In this document: in pieces, positions 9,853 to 16,768 of the stretch
Layout of the letters: every line of letters begins with the position of its first letter
Numbering within the stretch: position 1 is the first letter of the stretch
The notes under the pieces: model-generated
Seen by the model: the letters and a program-made list of their open reading frames with translations, nothing else
Told to the model about the DNA's origin: nothing
The model's database searches: none
Assembly (NCBI RefSeq): GCF_014748335.1
Contig: NZ_JAAVIY010000002.1
Coordinates: 162,840 to 226,839 of the forward strand
Direction of reading: 5' to 3'
Origin: Flavobacterium selenitireducens
GTDB taxonomy: Bacteria > Bacteroidota > Bacteroidia > Flavobacteriales > Flavobacteriaceae
Length of the DNA stretch: 64,000 nucleotides
Position numbers and translations under genes: made by a program

Positions 9853-10114
9853 TCCCTGCCAACGCCAGGCTTTTCGTGCATTTCCTTTGCCTCAGGATTT
9901 GTCACCGCCCCACATGCATTACGGGCAAATGTACAAAACAGATCCCAACACAGTGACGCCTTACGAACCCGGACGGTTATCCCGGGAAGTATAACGGGAC
10001 AGGTTCGTAACGGCTCACTGCACTTCCCGAAAATCGGCAAACAGCCTTATGCTCCGTAAAACCTTTTTGATGCGGTAAGGCCTTGCTCATGTTCAATTTT
10101 TAAAACCAAAAAAC

Positions 10115-10297
10115 ATGAAAAAATTTTTCATATTGGGCGCGCTGGCTGTCGTCGGCGTGTTGATGGGATCGTGCAGCGCAGATGATGAGGCCGCAAAATC
10201 CGGCAGTGCGAATGTGCAACTCGAAGGCAATACCGGAGGTCCGGGGGGCGGCAATGGAACCCTTCCGCCACCACCGCCGCCACCGCCTTATCCGTGA
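10115..10297 (+). CDS. Small lipoprotein with a C-terminal polyproline tail
   Basis: MKKFFILGALAVVGVLMGSC has a signal peptide plus lipobox. The product is 60 aa and ends GGPGGGNGTLPPPPPPPPYP, with eight consecutive Pro codons. Confidence 0.5.
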   Translation: MKKFFILGALAVVGVLMGSCSADDEAAKSGSANVQLEGNTGGPGGGNGTLPPPPPPPPYP

Positions 10298-10335
10298 TGA
10301 GGCGATCGCATACTGAATTTTAGTATTTTCGGGGA

Positions 10336-12021
10336 ATGGAAAACATGCGGTTTCATTCCCCTTTTTATTTTTTGTTGCTATTGCTGATTGCTGGCTGTGT
10401 GTCAGATAATCAAACCAAGGCTGATAAGGGCAACATCCGCGCCGGATACAAATTCCAATTAAGGGCTGACTCCCTTCTAAAAAGAGGTGACGCTGACGAG
10501 GCATTTGCAGGTTACGAGCAAGCAAAAAATTTATATAAGCGAGGCTCAGACAGCATGCGTGTCGCGTATACGTTATTAAAACAAGCGGAATTATACAATC
10601 AATTTAATGATTATCAGGAACTGCAAGCGACATCTGTTGAGGCGTTAAAATATCTTGAAACTTCGCAGGATAGTATTTATTTAGAATCTGTTTATGTCTA
10701 CCTCGGGATAAGTTTTGCGATGATGGACGATCTCGAAAGTGCGACAGAAAGTTACTACAAAGGACGCTCATACGTTAGTCAGGATTGGAAAAAAGCAACG
10801 GTAGACAACAACCTGGCCTATGCAAATATTCTAAAAGGAAATTATCGAAAAGCCAATTTGTTGCTCTCGGAAGCATTTCGCCAATATTCGCTACCCGATA
10901 CACTTGAGATTAAAACCAAGCTGCTGGACAATTTCGGATTTTCCGTATTTAAATTAGGGAATCCGGACGGACAAGCCTACGTAATGGATGCGCTGAGATT
11001 ACGTAAAGCATCGGCAGACACATCAGGTTTGATAGCCAGTTATCTTCATCTTGCAGAAATGGTGTCCGACAGAGAGGAGGCTGTTAATTTTGCGTTGGAT
11101 GCTGAGCGGCTTGCAAAATTGTACAATGCTCCAGAAGATCGCCTACAAGCGCTGCGGATTTTGGTCAATCAATCTTCGTCAGAAAATATTGAGTTATTTT
11201 CGAAAAATTTCATCCGTATATCCGACAGCCTCGAAAGCAAACGCCTGAAAACACGTACTGCATTTGCCAAGATTAAATATGACGTAAGGCGTTTAGAGGA
11301 AGAAAAAATGCTTGCAAAAATGGAAAGGATTAGGGAACGTAATGAAAAATTGCTTTTTATTAATATTTCGTTTGTATTGGCGTTTGCATCCGCTGCAATA
11401 GTATATTTCCTGGTTCGACGCTCCCGAAACATCCGAAAGAAAGCCACATACGAAGCGGAAGTGCGTATTTCCACGAAATTGCACGACGAATTGGCCAACG
11501 AAGTGCACAAAACCATCGTGTTTACCGAAACTAAAAACTTATCGGACGAAGCCAACAAAGAAACCTTGCTGCAACGGCTCGAAAACATTTACGAAGGCAC
11601 GCGCAGCATTTCCCGCGACAACAGCGAGGTTCCTGAGGGCGATTTTGGGCAGGCGTTGCGGGAGTTGTTGCAGGAATACAATTCGGACGAGTGCGCCGTC
11701 ATCGCCCAAGGCATCGCGAACGTGGACTGGGAAAAGCTCGAGCGCCGTCGACAATTGGAGTTTTACCGGATCGTACAGGAGTTGTTGGCCAATATGCGCA
11801 AACACAGCCAATGTTCGCACGCATTATTTTTGTTTGCGATAGACGGTCGCAACATTTTACTTACCTATTCTGACAACGGCTCGGGAAGCGCTAAAATAGG
11901 GCAGGCGCGAAAAAACGGGCTGCGCATTATGGAAAACCGTATTTCGGGCTTGAAGGGAAGCGCTACTTTTGAATCGATGCCCGGTAACGGATTTCGGGCA
12001 TATGTCCAATTTCCACTATAA
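10336..12021 (+). CDS. TPR-repeat sensor histidine kinase (HisKA_3 + HATPase_c)
   Basis: An N-terminal signal/lipobox-like segment is followed by about 300 aa of TPR-like helical repeats, one TM helix (LLFINISFVLAFASAAIVYFLV), a HisKA_3-type H-box (KLHDELANEVH) and a C-terminal ATPase G-box (GNGFRAY). Confidence 0.85.
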   Translation: MENMRFHSPFYFLLLLLIAGCVSDNQTKADKGNIRAGYKFQLRADSLLKRGDADEAFAGYEQAKNLYKRGSDSMRVAYTLLKQAELYNQFNDYQELQATSVEALKYLETSQDSIYLESVYVYLGISFAMMDDLESATESYYKGRSYVSQDWKKATVDNNLAYANILKGNYRKANLLLSEAFRQYSLPDTLEIKTKLLDNFGFSVFKLGNPDGQAYVMDALRLRKASADTSGLIASYLHLAEMVSDREEAVNFALDAERLAKLYNAPEDRLQALRILVNQSSSENIELFSKNFIRISDSLESKRLKTRTAFAKIKYDVRRLEEEKMLAKMERIRERNEKLLFINISFVLAFASAAIVYFLVRRSRNIRKKATYEAEVRISTKLHDELANEVHKTIVFTETKNLSDEANKETLLQRLENIYEGTRSISRDNSEVPEGDFGQALRELLQEYNSDECAVIAQGIANVDWEKLERRRQLEFYRIVQELLANMRKHSQCSHALFLFAIDGRNILLTYSDNGSGSAKIGQARKNGLRIMENRISGLKGSATFESMPGNGFRAYVQFPL

Positions 12022-12026
12022 TTGCT

Positions 12027-12698
12027 ATGGATTGTTTCAAAAAAGTTTTGGTTGCCGAAGATTTTGACGGTTTCAATGTTGCCGTGCGCGATGCGTTAGG
12101 CATGTTGCAAATCACTGATTCCGAACACGTAAGTTATTGCGACGATGCGCTTTTGCGGATAAAACGCGCGCTTTTCGACGGAACGCCTTTCGACCTCCTG
12201 ATCACCGACCTCTCTTTCGCGAGAGACCATCGGGAGGTACGAATAGAGACAGGAATGGAACTTATTGCCGCGGCAAGGGAAATCCAGCCTTCTTTGCAGG
12301 TAATCGTTTTTTCGGTAGAGAAGCGCACGCATTCTGTAAACTATTTGTTTAACGAACTGGGAATTCAAGGTTACGTGTTGAAAGGACGCGGCAACATTCC
12401 CGAAATCAAACGCGCCATCCAGGCCATTTGCGCCGGCGAACGTTATATTTCCCACGACATCGCGCACATCCTGGCCGACAAATCGCTCGACGAAATCGAA
12501 GACTACGATTTGAAGCTCATGCAATTATTGTCAGAAGGGTTGAGCCAAGCCGATATTTCCGATCAATTCCAAAAAGAAGCGTTGTCGCCAAGCAGCGTAA
12601 GCAGTGTCGAAAAACGAATCAACCGCCTCAAGTTGACGTTGCGCGCCAATAACAATGTCCAATTGATCGCCATCGCTAAGGACCTAGGATTGATATGA
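12027..12698 (+). CDS. Response regulator with C-terminal LuxR/NarL-type HTH
   Basis: Receiver domain with LLITDLS (phospho-acceptor Asp) and VLKG (Lys). The C-terminal region LKLMQLLSEGLSQADISDQF...VEKRINRLKL resembles a LuxR HTH. The acidic pocket reads ED rather than DD. Confidence 0.85.
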   Translation: MDCFKKVLVAEDFDGFNVAVRDALGMLQITDSEHVSYCDDALLRIKRALFDGTPFDLLITDLSFARDHREVRIETGMELIAAAREIQPSLQVIVFSVEKRTHSVNYLFNELGIQGYVLKGRGNIPEIKRAIQAICAGERYISHDIAHILADKSLDEIEDYDLKLMQLLSEGLSQADISDQFQKEALSPSSVSSVEKRINRLKLTLRANNNVQLIAIAKDLGLI

Positions 12699-13498
12699 GG
12701 AAATGTCTCGTCCTTCTGTTTTTGCTCGCGCATTTTTTGGGTTGGACGCAACTTCGGTTGTGCAGCTGGAACGTATGCGATCTCGGAAAGTCCAAAAACG
12801 ATGCGACAATCGAATTCATCGCGCAGACGCTAAGAAATTATGACCTTGTGGCACTACAGGAAATCGTAGCCGGGCCAGAAGGACCAAAAGCCCTTGCTCG
12901 TTTGGCCGACGCGCTCAACCGAACCGGATCGAAATGGGAATATGTCGTGAGTGCGCCAACCCAAGGCGATCGGCAAAAGCGCGAGCGATATGCTTTTTTG
13001 TGGAAGTCGTCCCGGGTGATGCTTGTCGGGACGCCGTGGCTCGATCAAAATTTCGCCGCAGAGGTCGAACGCGAACCTTTCCTGGGCACGTTTCGATATG
13101 AGAATAACGAGCTTACCATCGTCAACTTCCATGCGATAACCAAGAAACTGCAACCCGAGCGCGAAATAAAATACTTTAAATTCTTTCCCGAAAAATACAT
13201 CGGTCACAACTTGGTCTTCACCGGCGATTTTAATTGCCCGCAGACGCATTCGGTATTTAGTCCGTTGAAGAAATCGGGCTTTTCGGCGGTTTTCTCCAAT
13301 ACGAAAACGACGTTGAAGACAGCTTGTGTCGACGGAAACTGTACCGCTTCGGAATTTGACAATTTCTTCTATTTTGCGAATCGGATGAGTGTAGAGAACA
13401 AAGGAGCCGCTGCGTTCTATTCCACATTCCAATCGCTTAAGGAAGCGCGCAAGATCTCGGATCATTTGCCGATATGGGTGGAATTCCGCTTTAAATAG
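12695..13498 (+). CDS. Secreted endonuclease/exonuclease/phosphatase (EEP) family protein
   Basis: Signal peptide MRKCLVLLFLLAHFLGW. An early Asn/Glu pair (WNVCDL...LQEI) and the C-terminal SDHLPIWVEF are characteristic of the EEP/DNase I fold. Its ATGA start overlaps the response-regulator stop. Confidence 0.8.
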   Translation: MRKCLVLLFLLAHFLGWTQLRLCSWNVCDLGKSKNDATIEFIAQTLRNYDLVALQEIVAGPEGPKALARLADALNRTGSKWEYVVSAPTQGDRQKRERYAFLWKSSRVMLVGTPWLDQNFAAEVEREPFLGTFRYENNELTIVNFHAITKKLQPEREIKYFKFFPEKYIGHNLVFTGDFNCPQTHSVFSPLKKSGFSAVFSNTKTTLKTACVDGNCTASEFDNFFYFANRMSVENKGAAAFYSTFQSLKEARKISDHLPIWVEFRFK

Positions 13499-13565
13499 TT
13501 CGCGTTACGGAAAACCGTAAGATATTGATCGGCAGAGTTTTTAGGTTTGGGAAAATACTTTACCG

Positions 13566-14651
13566 ATGGACTTTAAAGATCAGATCAGATTGCTGGGAGA
13601 GCGCGTCATAAAGCTCAAAGCCCAAGTACAAACCGAGGAAGCCACCAAAAACGCCTTCATCATGCCGTTCATACGCGAGCTCGGATACGACGTCTTCAAT
13701 CCGGCCGAGGTCACACCGGAGCTCGTGGCCGACATCGGGATGAAACAGGGCGAAAAGATCGACTACGCCATTTTGAGCAACGGTGAACCGATCATCCTCA
13801 TTGAATGCAAGCACCACGCGGCTCCGTTAAACGTGAACAACGCGTCCCAATTATTTCGCTACTTTCATACGACAAAAGCGAAATTTTCGATCCTGACCAA
13901 CGGCATTGAATATAGATTTTACACAGACCTTGTCGAGCCGAACAAGATGGACGAAAAACCGTTTTTTGCATTCAACATCACAGAAATCAAGGACAATCAG
14001 ATCGAGGAGCTCAAGAAATTCCACAAGGCGTATTACGACTTCAACAATATCGTCAATACGGCAAGCGAACTCAAATATACGTTCGAGCTCAAGAAATTGC
14101 TGGACTTGGAATTCAACGAGCCTACGCCCGATTTCGTAAAGCATTTTGCCAAACAAGTTTATCCGGGTCCGATTACCGCGAAAGTCCTCGATCAATTTAC
14201 GAACCTCACGCGCAAGTCGCTTCATCAATTCATCAGCGACATGATCACCGATCGCCTGAAATCTGCACTTACCAAAGAGGACGAGGCGAATCGGGAGCAA
14301 CAGGAGTCGCTTGCCGAACCGCAAAAACCGACGGACAGCGTAGTCACGACGCAAGAAGAGCTCGAGGGTTTTATGATCGTGAAAACCATTTTAAGACAGA
14401 AAGTCGCGGCGGCGAGGATCGTGCATCGGGACGCGCAATCGTACTTCGCCATTTTGCTCGACGACAACAACCGCAAGACGTTGTGCAGACTTTACCTTAA
14501 TTCGGGGAAGAAATACCTGGCATTGCTCGATGCACAAAAAAAAGAGCTCAAGCACGAGATCCAATCTGTCGACGACATTTTCAAACATTCCGAAGCGCTG
14601 CTGGAAAGCCTTCAGGCGTATGAAAATAAGCCCGCTAATGCAGATGCGTGA
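13566..14651 (+). CDS. Stand-alone HsdR_N-like PD-(D/E)xK nuclease-fold protein
   Basis: The N-terminal approximately 110 aa match the type I restriction HsdR N-terminal fold (GEKIDYAIL...PIILIECK, i.e. D...ExK). The 250-aa C-terminal extension has no recognised motif. No HsdM or HsdS gene is nearby. Confidence 0.7.
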   Translation: MDFKDQIRLLGERVIKLKAQVQTEEATKNAFIMPFIRELGYDVFNPAEVTPELVADIGMKQGEKIDYAILSNGEPIILIECKHHAAPLNVNNASQLFRYFHTTKAKFSILTNGIEYRFYTDLVEPNKMDEKPFFAFNITEIKDNQIEELKKFHKAYYDFNNIVNTASELKYTFELKKLLDLEFNEPTPDFVKHFAKQVYPGPITAKVLDQFTNLTRKSLHQFISDMITDRLKSALTKEDEANREQQESLAEPQKPTDSVVTTQEELEGFMIVKTILRQKVAAARIVHRDAQSYFAILLDDNNRKTLCRLYLNSGKKYLALLDAQKKELKHEIQSVDDIFKHSEALLESLQAYENKPANADA

Positions 14652-14827
14652 CTGCTGTAAAATTATACTTACAGCGGGTTGTTCGTTAAGGATAAAAGGC
14701 AAACGTTCGTCGAAATCAGCGTTCAAATAAAACCTACTTCACAAGGGTTGTGTTATTTGGACATCAAAAACTTTCCGAATGGACGCCATAAAATGTCCAT
14801 TCCTTGGTCAAACTTCAAATATGATTA

Positions 14828-15172
14828 ATGAAAACAACAATACTTCCGCGGGCGGGGCTGCTTATTTTTTGGCTGTTCATCGCACTTGCCTGTAAACAAA
14901 CCGGCCCTGAAACGCCTGCTGGAATCGATGCAACAGATCGTTCATTGATCCTGCCGTTTGCCGAAACTGACACGCCATCAGAACCTGAAAAATCGGAAGC
15001 TTCAACAGCTACCGGAAAGGTTTGGGTTTGCAAAAGTTCTGGCGCCAAGAAATACCATTTTAACCGCGATTGTGGCGGCCTGAAACGGTGCACGCACACC
15101 ATAGAAGAATCTACGGTTAAACAAGCTGAGGCGGTCGGGCTGGGACAGTGCAGCTATAAAAAATGCAGATAA
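14828..15172 (+). CDS. Hypothetical lipoprotein with a Cys/His-rich C-terminal motif
   Basis: Signal and lipobox (FIALACKQ). The C-terminal segment VWVCKSSGAKKYHFNRDCGGLKRCTHTIE...GQCSYKKC has 6 Cys and 2 His, and may bind metal. Confidence 0.5.
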   Translation: MKTTILPRAGLLIFWLFIALACKQTGPETPAGIDATDRSLILPFAETDTPSEPEKSEASTATGKVWVCKSSGAKKYHFNRDCGGLKRCTHTIEESTVKQAEAVGLGQCSYKKCR

Positions 15173-15188
15173 ACACATTTAATCCAAT

Positions 15189-15563
15189 ATGAAATCAAAG
15201 TATCTGATTCCTGCCGCGGCGGCCTTTTTACTATTGTTGGCGGTGCTGACCAATCCGGGTTCCGAAACACATAAAGAATCGGTCCGGGCCGAACTGAAAG
15301 CTTATTTTAAGCAAGAAATGAGTGCGCGAGAATCGACCACCGACGAAAACGATTGGGCAAAAGCGGGAGAAGCTTTCGGAAATATTTTCGCCACGGCCCT
15401 AATCGATCGGCTCGTCGACAATGCGGTAACTTCTGAAAATTATGTTTTGTTTTCGCTGACAAAAGTAACCTGGGAAGGAAAGGAGAAAAATGTTGGCTTC
15501 GGCGCCTTCGGAAACGTTTGGCTTTCGAGCAAACTGAGGGATTTGAAAAACAAAACGGAATAG
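15189..15563 (+). CDS. Small secreted hypothetical protein
   Basis: A 124-aa ORF with a signal peptide (AAAAFLLLLAVLT). It is followed by a terminator. Confidence 0.5.
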   Translation: MKSKYLIPAAAAFLLLLAVLTNPGSETHKESVRAELKAYFKQEMSARESTTDENDWAKAGEAFGNIFATALIDRLVDNAVTSENYVLFSLTKVTWEGKEKNVGFGAFGNVWLSSKLRDLKNKTE

Positions 15564-15671
15564 GGATTCGGGACCGAAAGTCCACGAAAAAGCGTTATTT
15601 CGGCCGAAGTGACGCTTTTTTTGGTGCAGTGCAAAGAACCGCGTCGTCGTCGTGTCAATTTCTGCGAACAA

Positions 15672-15706
15672 AAAAATTTGACACAAAATCGGTGTCATTT
15701 TTTTTC
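15672..15706. terminator. Bidirectional rho-independent terminator between convergent genes
   Basis: Hairpin TGACACaaaatcgGTGTCA flanked by an A-run upstream and TTTTTTTT downstream. It sits between 15189..15563 (+) and 15731..16759 (-). Confidence 0.55.
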
Positions 15707-15730
15707 CACGTTAAAAATTGACACAAACAA

Positions 15731-16759
15731 TTAACCCTTCACATATCCCGCTTGCCCGTTTCGTTTCAACCTGACTTTGTAGTTGTCGCATTTCGAACAT
15801 TCGCGGCTCGATTGCCAGACCAAAGTCAATTCGTGCACGCCTCCGGTTCTTCCTATTCCTGAGGTGTTGATGTCATACGAATACCCAAACCGGAATTCTC
15901 CGAGATTCAATGTCGCGACAGGATTTACCGAAGTCAGCAAATGCCCCTCGTTGGTTTTGCGCTCGAGATTGACTGCCGAAAAGACGCCCATCGAAAAGCG
16001 GCCGTAATCCATGACTGCTCCCAGATCGAACCGGTTGTATTCTGATTGTCTCATATAATTTCCCATAAGCATCAACGTGCTGCCTTCGGGAAGGAAAAAA
16101 GACGGAAGGCCGCCAAGATCCCAAAAATATCCGCCGTGAACAGACAAAAACATGTTGAGAGGAACATTCCCGTTTTCGGTAAAGGAAATATCCGGACGAT
16201 TTAAATGCCGAAGCGACACACCAACCCATGAATCCTCGTTATCAGCTAAAATTCCCGCATTCATATCGAAAAAGCCAATCTTGTTGTTGCGCATTGCTCC
16301 AGGATCAACACTTGGCCCATCGATCGTGCCAGTTCCTATGTTGATTTGATCTTCGAGCAAAAGCCCACCAAAGCCGAAATCTTTTCGTCCGTAACCGGCT
16401 TCGATCCCAAACCGAATGTGCCAGTCATAACTAACATCGATACGGTAGGACGCCGCCCCATTAAGCTTGAAATAATTGTAGCCTGTAAAAACTTCGCTGT
16501 GATTTTGAGCGGTAAGACCGAGACCGAACTCATCCGTCGCCAAATTGCTTACGAACGCATATTGTGTATCGATTCGGCGGTTGTCGTTTGGCCATTGGCG
16601 TCGGTGCGCAATTCCGGCATTCCAGGTGTTTGCCGATGCCGTAAAAGCTGGGTTCAACGCTTCGGGAATGTTGTAGAACTGCGTAAAAATCGGATCCTGG
16701 GCCAAAACAGCAATCGGCGTCAGCAGTAAAAGAAAAATTATTTTTATGGATGTTGACAT
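15731..16759 (-). CDS. PorP/SprF-family T9SS outer-membrane protein
   Basis: A 342-aa product with signal peptide and beta-barrel-like composition. The N-terminal DPIFTQFYNIPEALNPAFTA... matches the PorP/SprF family as I recall it. It lies immediately downstream of, and co-directional with, the type-B-CTD adhesin, which is the canonical SprB-SprF arrangement. Confidence 0.8.
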   Translation of the reverse strand: MSTSIKIIFLLLLTPIAVLAQDPIFTQFYNIPEALNPAFTASANTWNAGIAHRRQWPNDNRRIDTQYAFVSNLATDEFGLGLTAQNHSEVFTGYNYFKLNGAASYRIDVSYDWHIRFGIEAGYGRKDFGFGGLLLEDQINIGTGTIDGPSVDPGAMRNNKIGFFDMNAGILADNEDSWVGVSLRHLNRPDISFTENGNVPLNMFLSVHGGYFWDLGGLPSFFLPEGSTLMLMGNYMRQSEYNRFDLGAVMDYGRFSMGVFSAVNLERKTNEGHLLTSVNPVATLNLGEFRFGYSYDINTSGIGRTGGVHELTLVWQSSRECSKCDNYKVRLKRNGQAGYVKG

Positions 16760-16768
16760 GCGCGTGGC

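Noticed and set aside
9861-10110. Possibility that the structured intergenic element is RNase P RNA, tmRNA or SRP RNA.
   Set aside because: The region is too short for RNase P or tmRNA. It lacks the SRP domain-IV consensus (no GGAAG...AGCAGCC pair and no GNRA tetraloop arrangement). It is kept only as an unclassified structured element.
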